Position numbers and translations under genes: made by a program. This document shows positions 31,144 to 42,452 of a DNA stretch of 64,000 bases, piece by piece. The notes under the pieces are model-generated. The model searched no databases. It was not told where the DNA came from and worked only from the letters and a program-made list of their open reading frames with translations. Each line of letters opens with the position of its first letter. Within the stretch, counting starts at the first letter, position 1. Source of the stretch: Truepera sp. (GTDB lineage Bacteria > Deinococcota > Deinococci > Deinococcales > Trueperaceae); NCBI GenBank assembly GCA_965218435.1, contig CBDCKW010000009.1, positions 1,600,001 to 1,664,000 of the forward strand, in the 5' to 3' direction.

Positions 31144-32571
31144 TTACTCCTCACTTGCTGCTTCTATCTCAGAAACGAACGCCTGTCCCGCCCCTAAAAT
31201 CTCTTTGACCTCCGCCTCCGACTGTGCCTCGCAGTAAATCCGCAACACCGGTTCGGTGCCTGACGCCCGGAAGAGGAGCCACGCTTTACCGGAGAGATTG
31301 AACTTTACGCCGTCCAAGGTTTCAACCGATTCGACGGTGCGGCCTGCAAACGTTTCAGGTGGATTTTTAAGTGCGTTTAGCACGGCGTCCTTGAGCGCGT
31401 TGCCTGAAAGGTGTAGGTCTACGCGGTCGTAGGCGTGTTGCCAATCGGCCTCTTTTTCCAAATCTTCAAACAGCTCAGCGACGCTTTTACCGGAGCGGAC
31501 GACGGCCTCGAGCACTAACAAGGTATTCGCCAGCCCGTCGCGTTCGGGAATGTGTCCCTGTACGCCGATGCCGCCCGACTCTTCGCCGCCGATGAGCACG
31601 TCACCTTGGAGCATCGCGTCTACGATGTACTTGAAGCCGACGGGCGTCTCGAGTACCTCCAAACCCCGTTTTTCGGCGAGCCGTTCGATGATGCGTGAGG
31701 TGGTAAAGGTTTTGACTACGCGCCCACGTAATCCTTTCTCAAAGAGCGAACTCAGGAGCACCGCTAAAATCTGATGTGAGTCGAAAAACGCGCCACCCGG
31801 CAGGACCAACCCAAGCCGGTCGGCGTCGCCGTCGGTAGCCGTGGCAAAAACTGCGTCTGAGTTCCCCATAAAAGCCATCGTCGAGGCGAGGTTTTGCGGA
31901 ATCGGTTCGGGGTTGACGCCGTAAAACATCGGGGTCGGGTCACCGCGCAGCTCGTGCAAGGTTAGGGGTAACTCAGCGTATTCAACAAACCCTTTAAGCC
32001 AGCCCGACCCCGCGCCGCCCATCGCGTCGTGCGCCAGCGTGCCGGTAAAGGTGCGGAGGAGGTCGAGGTCAACCAGTTCCGCAAGCGCGTCGTAGTAGGC
32101 GCTGCGAATCTCGAGCGCCTCAACCGCGTGCTTTTTTTCGTCAAAGGTCTTGACGTCGTCCGGGCCGGTTTCCGCAACGCGGGCGCTTACGTCTCCGTAA
32201 ATGTCTTGAGTCGCCGTGCCGCCATACGGCCCCTTGAGCTTAAAGCCGCTGTAGGGCGGCGGATTGTGCGACGCGGTGAGCATGACGCCGCCGCCGAGAG
32301 CGAGGTGCTTGACGGCAAACGAAAGTGTGGGGGTCGGCAAGTACGCGTCTGCTAGAAGTACCCGAACGTCGTTGGCGGCAAAAACCTCAGCCACGCGCCG
32401 CGCGAAGAGCGCCCCGTTAAACCGGGTGTCATAACCCACCGCGACGCTCGGCGTGCCTTGGTCGTGCAGATACGCGGCGTAAGCCTGCGCGACTCTCGAG
32501 ACGTTCGTAAAAGTAAAACGTTCGCCGATAAGGTCACGCCAGCCGTCAGTGCCAAAAATCAGTGTGTCCAT
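31144..32571 (-). CDS. Phosphoglucomutase/phosphomannomutase
   Basis: FGTDGWR, TASHNP, DGDADR, GEESGG and RASGTEP. Confidence 0.95.
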   Translation of the reverse strand: MDTLIFGTDGWRDLIGERFTFTNVSRVAQAYAAYLHDQGTPSVAVGYDTRFNGALFARRVAEVFAANDVRVLLADAYLPTPTLSFAVKHLALGGGVMLTASHNPPPYSGFKLKGPYGGTATQDIYGDVSARVAETGPDDVKTFDEKKHAVEALEIRSAYYDALAELVDLDLLRTFTGTLAHDAMGGAGSGWLKGFVEYAELPLTLHELRGDPTPMFYGVNPEPIPQNLASTMAFMGNSDAVFATATDGDADRLGLVLPGGAFFDSHQILAVLLSSLFEKGLRGRVVKTFTTSRIIERLAEKRGLEVLETPVGFKYIVDAMLQGDVLIGGEESGGIGVQGHIPERDGLANTLLVLEAVVRSGKSVAELFEDLEKEADWQHAYDRVDLHLSGNALKDAVLNALKNPPETFAGRTVESVETLDGVKFNLSGKAWLLFRASGTEPVLRIYCEAQSEAEVKEILGAGQAFVSEIEAASEE

Positions 32572-32724
32572 ATATAGAGTCCTCTCGAGCTGCTAAGTTA
32601 AAGCTGAACACCGCGCAGCGCGGGCAAGTTTTACGAGCATACCAAGCTGTAACAAAATAGTCAGGCCGGAAATACCTCGAGCTTTTGCTTGTTTATGGGG
32701 AGCGCCGTGTGTCATGGTGAACAG

Positions 32725-33522
32725 GTGTCTGGTAAGCAAATCTTTAGCCCCATTGTTTTTAACCCTGTTGTCTTTAATCCTGTTGTCATCAAATACGGGG
32801 GCAACGCGATGACCGACCCGCAACTGCGCCGCCAGATGGCCGCTGAAATCGCCCGCATCCCCGGCGCGGTCGTCGTACACGGGGGCGGGCCGTTTATCGG
32901 GGCGGCGCTGGCAGCAGCTGGCTTAGAGAGCCGGTTTGTCCGGGGTTTACGGGTGACCGACACGGCGAGTTTACCTGTCATCGAGCGCACGCTGACCTTA
33001 CTCGGAAAAGAGCTGGCGCAGGCATTCGGGCGCGGCGTCGGCTTGACCGGGCGGGACGCAGGGCTGCTAGTGGCTGAGACGTTTGACGCGGCGCTCGGGC
33101 AGGTCGGTAAGGTGACGGCGGTCAACTATGAGTTACTCACAGGTTTTTTGGACTTGGGGCTGGTCCCGGTCGTCGCGTGTCTGGCGGTGGACGCTCGAGG
33201 CGACGCACTTAACGTCAATGCGGACGACGCTGCGGGTGCCGTCGCCGGGGCTTTAGGTGCGCCCATCATCTTTTTAAGCAATATCCCAGGCGTCTTGGAT
33301 GACCCGGCAGACCCGGACAGCCTAATCACCACCTTGCACGAAAAAGACATTCAGGCGCGGATCGAGGACGGACGTATTTCAGGGGGCATGATTCCTAAAG
33401 TCGAGGCGGCGCTGAGCGCACTTTCAGCCGGGGCTCCTTTTGCCATCATCGCGGACGGGCGCAAACCGGAAGACTTAGCGGCGACCCTTAAAGGAACATG
33501 TGGGACTCGAGTGATCAAATAG
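32725..33522 (+). CDS. argB: Acetylglutamate kinase
   Basis: VIKYGGNAM, VHGGGP, GLRVTD, NVNAD and GGMIPKV. Start uncertain (GTG 32725 chosen). Confidence 0.92.
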   Translation: MSGKQIFSPIVFNPVVFNPVVIKYGGNAMTDPQLRRQMAAEIARIPGAVVVHGGGPFIGAALAAAGLESRFVRGLRVTDTASLPVIERTLTLLGKELAQAFGRGVGLTGRDAGLLVAETFDAALGQVGKVTAVNYELLTGFLDLGLVPVVACLAVDARGDALNVNADDAAGAVAGALGAPIIFLSNIPGVLDDPADPDSLITTLHEKDIQARIEDGRISGGMIPKVEAALSALSAGAPFAIIADGRKPEDLAATLKGTCGTRVIK

Positions 33523-33549
33523 GGTGGTACGCTGGGCTGATGCAACCTC

Positions 33550-34785
33550 ATGATGGCTAAAAACGTGTCGGCAGATACTCTGGTCGTCGGCTCGGGTCCG
33601 GCGGGGTTAGCAGCGGCGGCGCACCTGGGCGAGGCGGGGCTCCGCGTCGTCGGCGTCTCCCCCGACCCGGACGCGGCTTGGCCGAACACCTACGGCGTTT
33701 GGGTAGATGAGGTCGCGCCGCTCGGTTACGAACCTTTTTTGGCGCATGTTTGGAACGATACGGTGGGCGATTTCGGACAAGGCGAGGTTACGCTGGGGCG
33801 AACCTACGGACGGTTTAATAATTGCAAGTTACAAAAATATCTTTTAGCGCGGTGTGAAGCTGCTGGAGTTGTCTGGCAGCAGGGCCTTGTCGCGGCAGTT
33901 GAGCACAAAGTAAAAAGCTCGAGCCTCACCACTACGGGCGGCCACACATATTCAGCACGCCTTATCATTGACAGCAGCGGCCACTTTCCCAAACTCGTGT
34001 CACGTCCCGCTGGTGACCCTGCCTTTCAAACCGCCTACGGCGTATTGGGACGGTTTTCTGCGCCGCCGGTCAAACCGGGTCAGATGCTCCTGATGGACTT
34101 TCAAGACGATTTTTTAACTCCTGCCGAACGCAGCACACCAACCTTCCTCTACGCGATGGATTTGGGCAACGGGCTTTTTTTTGCTGAAGAGACCTCTTTA
34201 GCGCACCGGCCCGGTTTAGGGCTGGCGGTGCTGAAGGGGAGGCTCGAGCGCCGCTTAGCTCATTACGGTATTTGTATCACCGAAGTTTCGGAAGAAGAGC
34301 ACTGCCGCTTTCCGATGAACGTACCGCTGCCCGACCTGACGCAGCGCACCGTCGGGTTTGGCGGCGCAGCGAGCATGGTGCACCCGGCGTCCGGCTACCT
34401 GATGGCGTCTACGCTTCGGCGAGCACCGGAATTAGCGACAGCGGTCGCGCAGACTTTAGAACAGGGCGCTCCACCGGAGCAAGTAGCGGCGACGGCGTGG
34501 AGAGCACTTTGGCCTAAAGAGAGGGTACGGGCGCGTGAACTGTATCTGTTTGGGCTCGAGTCCCTGCTGACGTTAGACAGCGCCCAGCTTAAAGACTTTT
34601 TCGGTGCATTTTTTAACCTCTCCCCTGAGCTGTGGCAGGGTTATCTATCGGGTACACATGGTGCGGGCGGCGTTGCCAAGACCATGACTGCCATGTTTCA
34701 GCACGCCCCTAACAGCGTCCGCTTGCCGCTGCTTCGCGCGTCTTTCGGTCCGACGCGTACGCACCTCATCCGGGCGTTATGCTAA
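33550..34785 (+). CDS. Lycopene cyclase (CrtL/CrtLm type)
   Basis: GSGPAG FAD motif, W.NTYGVWVDE, QTAYG, FLYAM, EETSL and GGAASMVHPASGY. Confidence 0.9.
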   Translation: MMAKNVSADTLVVGSGPAGLAAAAHLGEAGLRVVGVSPDPDAAWPNTYGVWVDEVAPLGYEPFLAHVWNDTVGDFGQGEVTLGRTYGRFNNCKLQKYLLARCEAAGVVWQQGLVAAVEHKVKSSSLTTTGGHTYSARLIIDSSGHFPKLVSRPAGDPAFQTAYGVLGRFSAPPVKPGQMLLMDFQDDFLTPAERSTPTFLYAMDLGNGLFFAEETSLAHRPGLGLAVLKGRLERRLAHYGICITEVSEEEHCRFPMNVPLPDLTQRTVGFGGAASMVHPASGYLMASTLRRAPELATAVAQTLEQGAPPEQVAATAWRALWPKERVRARELYLFGLESLLTLDSAQLKDFFGAFFNLSPELWQGYLSGTHGAGGVAKTMTAMFQHAPNSVRLPLLRASFGPTRTHLIRALC

Positions 34786-34902
34786 CGAGGTTTTGGCCTA
34801 AGTTCTGACGTTAGGCCAAGCATCTAAAGCTCTGTATAGACGACCTGATCCATGTGATATGGACGAACGTCTCGAGGAGACGAACTCGGTATCGTACCCA
34901 TT

Positions 34903-36084
34903 ATGACGACCATCCGCCAACGCGTCGTGGTAAATTACGAGTTTCCGGTGCATTTTACCCACGACCTTTTTTCCCTACAAAATCCGCTGCTGGCCCAAAC
35001 GCTGCTGGCGGACGCTGACACGACACTCGGCACTGCCGACCCCAAACGCGTTTTAGTTATTTTAGATGAAGGGTTTGTCCAGTATCATCCGGACGTACCG
35101 GAGCAGCTTGAAGCGTATTTCGCCCGGTACAGCGGGCTTACGTTGGTCACCACACCGCTCATTGTGGCCGGTGGCGAAAGGGCGAAAAACACGCCTGAGA
35201 ACGTTATCCGGCTTCAACAAGCGGTAGAACACTACGGCATTGACCGGCACTCATTTGTGATCGCAGTCGGCGGTGGGGCGCTCCTCGATATGGTCGGCTA
35301 CGCCGCTGCAACCTCTCACCGTGGGGTGCGGCTCGTGCGGGTACCGACGACCGTACTATCTCAAAACGATTCAGCAGTCGGCGTTAAAAACGGCGTCAAC
35401 GCGTTTGGCAAAAAGAACTTTTTAGGAACGTTTGCACCACCCTACGCGGTCCTTAATGACCTGAACTTTTTAGAGACGTTAGCGCAGCGCGATTGGGTCG
35501 GCGGGCTCTCTGAGGCAATCAAGGTCTCACTCCTTAAAGATGCCGAGTTTTTTGGGTTTTTAGAGGCGAACGCCTCGAGTCTCAAAACCCGTGACCAAGC
35601 GGCCATAGAGCACGCCGTCGTTCGCTGCGCCGAGCTTCACTTAGAGCACATTGCGACCAGCGGCGACCCGTTCGAGTTTGGGTCATCGCGGCCGCTCGAC
35701 TTCGGTCACTGGGCCGCGCACAAGCTCGAGGCCCTCACCTCGTATCAACTTCGGCATGGTGAGGCCGTGGCCGTCGGCATCGCGTTAGACAGCACCTACT
35801 CGCACCTGTCGGGTTTGCTCAGCGAAACGGACTTGAGGCGTATCTTGAACGTCTTTCACGAGCTGGGCTTGCCGACGTTTGTCCCTGAACTCTCGAGCCC
35901 CGACATCATCCGGGGTATCGGCGAGTTCCGCGAGCACTTGGGCGGACAGCTCACCATCATGCTTTTAGAAGGCGTCGGACGCGGCGTCGAGGTTCACGAA
36001 CTTGACGAAACGCTCGTGCAGCGTGCCGTACAGCAGCTAAAGGAGGAAAGATGGACACCGACGTTCGCAGCAGTTGCCCACTAG
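34903..36084 (+). CDS. eboD: EboD-like 3-dehydroquinate-synthase-family sugar phosphate cyclase
   Basis: [36 protein letters not shown] and [22 protein letters not shown]; context with eboB/eboE-like genes. Confidence 0.8.
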   Translation: MTTIRQRVVVNYEFPVHFTHDLFSLQNPLLAQTLLADADTTLGTADPKRVLVILDEGFVQYHPDVPEQLEAYFARYSGLTLVTTPLIVAGGERAKNTPENVIRLQQAVEHYGIDRHSFVIAVGGGALLDMVGYAAATSHRGVRLVRVPTTVLSQNDSAVGVKNGVNAFGKKNFLGTFAPPYAVLNDLNFLETLAQRDWVGGLSEAIKVSLLKDAEFFGFLEANASSLKTRDQAAIEHAVVRCAELHLEHIATSGDPFEFGSSRPLDFGHWAAHKLEALTSYQLRHGEAVAVGIALDSTYSHLSGLLSETDLRRILNVFHELGLPTFVPELSSPDIIRGIGEFREHLGGQLTIMLLEGVGRGVEVHELDETLVQRAVQQLKEERWTPTFAAVAH

Positions 36085-36361
36085 GGCAGCGGGAGCTGAT
36101 TGACCGCTACTTTATGGAACACCGCAATCAGGTGTTGGCGATTGCCGCCTTCTTAGACCGGATGGACCGCTCCGCCGACAAAAATGCCGCCGCCGAGTTT
36201 CGTTTCGTGGCGCTTAAAAAGGCGCTCCGAGAACTCGACACCGACGACTTCGGCCGCGCCGAACGTGTGCAACTTCTGCTGAGCGACCTCGACACCTCGC
36301 TATTAGACGAGCGCGACCAACAGGGTGCCTACGGCGCACCGATTCGGGGAGGGAGCGAAGG

Positions 36362-36365
<4 letters not shown>
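36051..36365 (+). CDS. Hypothetical helical protein in the ebo-like operon
   Basis: AAGGAGG SD; overlaps both neighbours; YF.E.R...L.IAAFLDR.DR segment. Confidence 0.7.
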
Positions 36366-37225
<860 letters not shown>

Positions 37226-37349
37226 AAAATCTGGTACTTGCTGACGGAAATATCGGCTATTCTCGAGTCGTTGATAGCTCGAGGAAGTTTGACCTGTTAA
37301 AGATAGATGAAATGCAGATGAAGGTATATGTGCGCTCCTGAAATGGGAC

Positions 37350-38789
37350 TCAATTTCTATTACCATTAGCTTTTTGAGCGTTCTCGAGTATCTCTTTGAC
37401 TAAATCGTTCCAGATGCCTTCCACTCTTATCTTTACTCGCGTCTCAAGCGACGGACTTACATTTGGAACAAGCTCTGAAGCACGTACGGACATCATTTCT
37501 GTTTTTTCTGGAAAAGATTTTTCGTTTTGAGCGAAAACAATAATGTCATCGCCTTTACTGTCACTTAGTGGGATTTCACAGTAAATAGAACTTCTCAGTG
37601 TGGTGTTGCTTAGCAGTTTTGTAGTTTGCAAATGTATTGCAATAACAGGTGCAAATTCGTTCTGCTGTTGAGGAACCCTATAACCATCAGATGGTGACAC
37701 TCTTCCAGACGAATTCACAACTATTACTTTGAGATGAGAAGAGGAATGCAATGTATTGACTCTCTTTAGCTCTTCTTTAACAATGCTGAGCAGTGTCTGC
37801 GCTGCTTCGTCCATCTGCTCTTGAGAAATATTATCTTTGGTATATGATAGTGCTTCTAAGCTCTTTAGTGATTCGTTGGCGGCAAGTGTTTGTGCTGTTT
37901 TGATACTATCCTCGACCAACTTTATAGTATCCAAGGAACATTCAAAAATAAAGTCTATAAAAGCTGCGAAATTTCCTCTATCAGCTTCCTCTAGTGCGTC
38001 GAGGTAGGCTCGGCGCTTTTCTACAAGGATGAGTAGCGGAATAGAAGCTGCCCGGTATGTATATACAGCTGCAAGAGCACGTGCTACCCGTCCGTTTCCA
38101 TCCGCGAAAGGATGGATACACACAAATGCGTAATGGACGTATGAAGCTTGAAGAACTGGATGAGCTTTTTGGAACACATCGTTTTGGAGTTCATCAGTTA
38201 GCTTTTGCATTTCCATTGGTGTCACTTCGACAGGAGCATAGGCATGAGCTGTACCATCCAACTTTTGTGGATGGTTTGGGTAGATTTTATACTTACCTTT
38301 TTCTAAAGGAACATTTTGCAACTGTCCAAATTGGTTGTAGGTCTGGTATACCTCCTGATTTCTACAAATAATTTCATGAAGCTCACGAATACGTGTCTGC
38401 GTCATCAATTCCTTCTGCGTTGCTAGGTCTAGAACATATTCGTACGCCTCGAGTTGAGCCTTTACGAGCTCAGTGGCTTTATGCCCTTTCTTCTCTTCAA
38501 AGACGGTTTGCCAGAGAGCTCCCTCAGCAGCTACAGAAAAGGTGAAGCCTCTATCGGTTTCATAAAGTCCTTCAAGCGCACCTGTGTCAATAGCTGTTGC
38601 CGTTTGGATAGTTTGCAGTGCTTTTGACATAAGATCGCTATATTTGCTTCTTTTCTCCTCTAGAGCTGCCTTATATTTTTCCCAACGAGTAGTGCTGAAA
38701 GAGGTCTGTTGCCACTCCGAGAAGGATGGAAATGACTTATAAAGAGCGTTCAATTCGTATACGTTAATAAATTGTCTATTTTCGTCCAT
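37350..38789 (-). CDS. Fic family AMP-transferase (class II) with C-terminal extension
   Basis: Canonical HPFADGNGRVAR motif and N-terminal inhibitory motif TGALEG ((S/T)xxxE(G/N)); markedly AT-rich. Confidence 0.9.
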   Translation of the reverse strand: MDENRQFINVYELNALYKSFPSFSEWQQTSFSTTRWEKYKAALEEKRSKYSDLMSKALQTIQTATAIDTGALEGLYETDRGFTFSVAAEGALWQTVFEEKKGHKATELVKAQLEAYEYVLDLATQKELMTQTRIRELHEIICRNQEVYQTYNQFGQLQNVPLEKGKYKIYPNHPQKLDGTAHAYAPVEVTPMEMQKLTDELQNDVFQKAHPVLQASYVHYAFVCIHPFADGNGRVARALAAVYTYRAASIPLLILVEKRRAYLDALEEADRGNFAAFIDFIFECSLDTIKLVEDSIKTAQTLAANESLKSLEALSYTKDNISQEQMDEAAQTLLSIVKEELKRVNTLHSSSHLKVIVVNSSGRVSPSDGYRVPQQQNEFAPVIAIHLQTTKLLSNTTLRSSIYCEIPLSDSKGDDIIVFAQNEKSFPEKTEMMSVRASELVPNVSPSLETRVKIRVEGIWNDLVKEILENAQKANGNRN

Positions 38790-38933
38790 ATATCATTATC
38801 TTAATTCGACGCTAAGGATTAGCGCGCTTTTGGCTGACTGTAGGCTAGTATACTAGATACACCACTAAAGGTCAGACCCTTTCGCCAGCCTTTCTGTCTC
38901 GGAGGTTGAGTTTTTGCGCTAAGCTCAAGACCC

Positions 38934-39077
38934 ATGATGCTTAAAAACGGTCTCCACCTCACTTACTGTTCTGACATTCACCCGGCTCGAGGCTACGCAG
39001 CGGCAAACTACCTGGCGCAAGCAGACGCTGGAAGCAGGGTAACAGCCTACAGACGTAAGACGAGAGTTCGCGTCTAA
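38934..39077 (+). pseudogene. eboE 5' remnant 1 (MMLKNGLHLTYCSDIHPARG..., then unrelated sequence)
   Basis: First 20 codons match the EboE N-terminus [19 protein letters not shown]; the 14-mer CACCTCACTTACTG is identical to 40116-40129. Confidence 0.75.
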
Positions 39078-39114
39078 TGCTCTATAGCTTGATACGCTAC
39101 AAAGATGGGGGCAT

Positions 39115-39486
39115 ATGAAACATAAATTTAGTTTAGCGGTGCTTGTGCTACTCCTTACAGCCTGTACGCCGAGCCTTAACTTACAGGTGGGTTTGCCCGA
39201 ACTGACCGGACCCGGTTTTCGCGTCGCCCTTAGTGCCAGCGCCACAACAGGTCCTGCGCCGCTGACCGCCGAGTTCACCGCCGACGTTCAGGAAAGTGCG
39301 AGCTACGCCTGGTACGTCGACGACCGAAAGCTCAGTAGAAAGCAGCGCCTACTCACCTATACGTTTAGAGAAGCGGGCAGCTACCGCGTGACGGTCGCAG
39401 CGACCAATACAGTTGGTGAAACCGATACCGATACCGTCACGGTCGAGGTTGTAGACGCCGAAGACGTGACGGCCGAATCCCTCTGA
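39115..39486 (+). CDS. Lipoprotein with PKD domain
   Basis: Lipobox LTAC; G.APLT..F.A, Y.W and YTF..AG.Y.VTV. Confidence 0.8.
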   Translation: MKHKFSLAVLVLLLTACTPSLNLQVGLPELTGPGFRVALSASATTGPAPLTAEFTADVQESASYAWYVDDRKLSRKQRLLTYTFREAGSYRVTVAATNTVGETDTDTVTVEVVDAEDVTAESL

Positions 39487-39516
39487 CCGACCTCGAGCGA
39501 AGTACGTGCTGTAAGC

Positions 39517-39625
39517 AGTCTAGGAAAGGCAAAACCCACCGTTTTTGCCCTTCCCCGCTCTGCTAAAGACTTCGCTGAAGTTTGGGAGAGCCTTAAAGTA
39601 TCCCTCTCGAGACGCGCCCCTTGGC
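39517..39625 (+). pseudogene. eboE 5' remnant 2 (degraded)
   Basis: Translates as SAKDFAEVWESLK-VSLS versus Ebo[15 protein letters not shown][QHALPLK]ASLS, with a 21-nt deletion. Confidence 0.7.
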
Positions 39626-39689
39626 GGCGGTAGCTACGAACAATTGTCCATGCACTCAGGAATAGCGTAACGGCTTACTATAGAGGTCT

Positions 39690-40094
39690 ATGGAAATGGC
39701 CAACCAAGCGTTGATAGACAGAGCAGCAGCCGTAGTTAGAGCCAAACATATCGGAACGTATCTTGTTGGCGACGTGGGGTGTGCGCTTGTTGCTGAAAGT
39801 GGCGCAGTCTATACCGGCGTGTGCATTGACGTGACCTGCGGTATCGGCTTTTGTGCCGAACACAGCGCGATTGCGGCGATGGTTACGGCAGGTGAGTACG
39901 CGATCAAAAAAATTGTAGCCGTTTGGAAAGATGAAGCGGGCGCTGTCTTCGTCATTCCACCTTGTGGACGCTGCCGTGAGTTTATACGCCAGATTCAGAA
40001 CGGCGCGTTAGATACCGAGGTCATTTTAGCCAAAGACAAAGTTGAGACGCTGGCTGCACTCATCCCCTATCCGGGCGAGTTCCAACAGGTCTAA
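39690..40094 (+). CDS. Cytidine deaminase family protein
   Basis: CAE and PCGRC zinc motifs. Confidence 0.88.
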   Translation: MEMANQALIDRAAAVVRAKHIGTYLVGDVGCALVAESGAVYTGVCIDVTCGIGFCAEHSAIAAMVTAGEYAIKKIVAVWKDEAGAVFVIPPCGRCREFIRQIQNGALDTEVILAKDKVETLAALIPYPGEFQQV

Positions 40095-40097
40095 CTT

Positions 40098-41282
40098 ATG
40101 AAATTAGGTCAAAGTCACCTCACTTACTGCACCAATATCCACCCCGCAAAGGGTTTTCCCGAAGTCTGGGAGAGCCTAAAACAGCACGCGCTACCGCTTA
40201 AAGCGTCCCTCTCACCGGACGCGCCCTTCGGGATTGGGCTGCGACTTTCCGGCGACGAGAGCCGGGAACTGTTGGAGGGCAACACGCTCACCGAGTTCAA
40301 ACGCTGGTTAGACGAACACGGTCTCTACGTCTTTACGATGAACGGCTTTCCCTACGGCCCTTTTCACGGCGAAGCGGTTAAAGCGCAGGTTCACGCCCCG
40401 GATTGGCGGACTGACGAACGGGTCGCTTACACCTTGCGGCTGGCACAGATTTTGGCCGTGCTGCTACCTGAGGGTGTCACGGGCGGTATCTCGACAAGTC
40501 CGCTGTCGTACAAGGCGTGGGTAGACGAAGACGCGGCGACGTGGCGGCATTTGACCGAAAACGTCGTCAAAGTCGCTGCATATTTGGCTGAGTTGCACGC
40601 CGAACGGGGGGTGATGATTCATTTGGACCTCGAGCCCGAACCCGACGGTTTGCTGGAAAATATGGCTGAACTCGCCATGTTTTTTGAACCCTGGTTGCTT
40701 TGTGACGGGGCTGAGATGCTTGCCGAGCGGTTGGCTATTTCGGTAGCAACAGCGAAGGAGACACTACTCGAGCACATTCAGGTCTGTTTCGATACCTGCC
40801 ACGTTGCGCTCGCTTACGAAGACCCGGCGGACGTGCTGACGCGGCTTCAGAAGCTGGGAATTCGCGTCGGCAAGGTGCAGCTGAGTTCGGCGCTCGAGCT
40901 GACCCTACATAATTCTGACGAAACAAAACGGGTGTTAGGACCATTTAACGAACCTGTCTATCTGCATCAGGTGATTCAAGAAGCTGGTAACGGTGAGCTG
41001 AGGCGTTTTCCCGATCTGCCGAACGCACTCGCTGCGCTGCCGCAAGGCGAAGGCGACCGCTGGCGTGTTCACTTTCACGTGCCGGTTTTTTTAGACCGTA
41101 CCGAAGCGTTCAGCACGACACAAGAGACGATCTTAAAAACCTTAGCGTTGCACCGTCAAACACCTTTGACCGAGCATTTTGAAGTCGAGACTTACACCTG
41201 GAGCATCTTACCGGACGCGCTTAAACTCGAGCTTACCGCCTCGATCGAGCGCGAACTCAGGTGGGTGCAGCGTGTTTTTTAG
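40098..41282 (+). CDS. eboE: Metabolite traffic protein EboE (TIM barrel)
   Basis: [19 protein letters not shown]...[30 protein letters not shown] and EVETYTW. Confidence 0.88.
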   Translation: MKLGQSHLTYCTNIHPAKGFPEVWESLKQHALPLKASLSPDAPFGIGLRLSGDESRELLEGNTLTEFKRWLDEHGLYVFTMNGFPYGPFHGEAVKAQVHAPDWRTDERVAYTLRLAQILAVLLPEGVTGGISTSPLSYKAWVDEDAATWRHLTENVVKVAAYLAELHAERGVMIHLDLEPEPDGLLENMAELAMFFEPWLLCDGAEMLAERLAISVATAKETLLEHIQVCFDTCHVALAYEDPADVLTRLQKLGIRVGKVQLSSALELTLHNSDETKRVLGPFNEPVYLHQVIQEAGNGELRRFPDLPNALAALPQGEGDRWRVHFHVPVFLDRTEAFSTTQETILKTLALHRQTPLTEHFEVETYTWSILPDALKLELTASIERELRWVQRVF

Positions 41283-41474
41283 ACTGCTAAACGTGTCACA
41301 TCATTTCCATGATACCGTTCCCGAATTAGGGGCAAATCAATTGAGGCTAACCCTGTCGGCAAAAGGATTCCATAGCCTCTGTAAACTCGGAATTAAATGA
41401 AGACAGCATTTTGCTGAGGCTCCCACGAGCACTAATGTTGCAATTTGTAGAAGTAAGTAGTAATGTAGTCCTAC

Positions 41475-42020
41475 ATGATGAAACAGGTACAGGAATTATT
41501 GCGTGAACTCAAGCTAGATGACGAAGGAAATTTTTACAATCCACAGGTCAGGAATATCTTAGCTCGCTTTGCAGATGAGGGTGATGTAGACGCATTAGAA
41601 GCAGCAAGCGCCCTCCGGTCAGCCGCACATGCTCTCGAGCGATTGCGGTCTCGCGGAGCTGAGGGCCGCGGCGTGAGCGCCGGAGCTATGGACATCTTGT
41701 TACGGCTTGGCTTAGGGAACGACGAAGCGATCAGTATCACCGAGCTTGCAAAGTCGCTAGGGGTAAGCCCGCGCAACGTTACGGGGTTGACCGATACCCT
41801 AGAGCGAGGTGGCTTGGTAGAACGTACCTCTGACCCACACGACCGGCGCTCTGTCTTAGTCCAGATTACGCCTGCCGGAAACGAAACGGTGAGAGCCTTA
41901 CGAGCGCCGACCCAGCTTGCGATGAGCGCGTTGTTTCAAGACTTTACCGATGCCGATTTAGCCCAGTTCCGCCACCTCTGCCTGCGCCTAGTCAACCATG
42001 CTACGTCTATGGAACGGTAA
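41475..42020 (+). CDS. MarR family transcriptional regulator
   Basis: wHTH ELAKSLGVSPRNVTGL.D.LE..GLV.R..DP.DRRS. Confidence 0.9.
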   Translation: MMKQVQELLRELKLDDEGNFYNPQVRNILARFADEGDVDALEAASALRSAAHALERLRSRGAEGRGVSAGAMDILLRLGLGNDEAISITELAKSLGVSPRNVTGLTDTLERGGLVERTSDPHDRRSVLVQITPAGNETVRALRAPTQLAMSALFQDFTDADLAQFRHLCLRLVNHATSMER

Positions 42021-42038
42021 CGGAGAGGAGACGGAACG

Positions 42039-42419
42039 ATGGCGAAGGCAAAAACCCACGAAGAACTTGTTAAACGCTACCACAAGCACCGAAGTCGGGG
42101 AGATATGGCGCTCGCCGGTGCTTGCCTTGCCGACGATTTCAGCTTCACCAGCCCGTTAATGAGCTTCACCAAGGTGTCGGAACATGTGGCCGCACTCACT
42201 GCTTTTCAGCAAATGGTGGTCGGCTATGACATGATCAGTGAGTTGTACGGCGATGCAGAGGCAATTCTCGTCTATGATCTCCGGACTGCTACCCCAGTCG
42301 GGAGCCAGCGCACGGCTGAACACTTCCGGCTTACAGGCGATAAAATCTCTTCTATTATGATGATTTTCGACGCCACGAACTGGCGTCCGCGTATGGGGGC
42401 GCTCGCCCGTGACCGCTAG
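42039..42419 (+). CDS. SnoaL/NTF2-like protein
   Basis: GD......LADDF.F.SP and E.F....DKI..I...FD pattern; GAGGAG SD. Confidence 0.75.
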   Translation: MAKAKTHEELVKRYHKHRSRGDMALAGACLADDFSFTSPLMSFTKVSEHVAALTAFQQMVVGYDMISELYGDAEAILVYDLRTATPVGSQRTAEHFRLTGDKISSIMMIFDATNWRPRMGALARDR

Positions 42420-42452
42420 CTTCACGGCTTCATTGGAAAACGGTATCTCCTC

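Noticed and set aside
34903..36084. Housekeeping aroB
   Set aside because: The [14 protein letters not shown] signature and the eboB/eboE context fit EboD better, and no aroK or aroC is adjacent.
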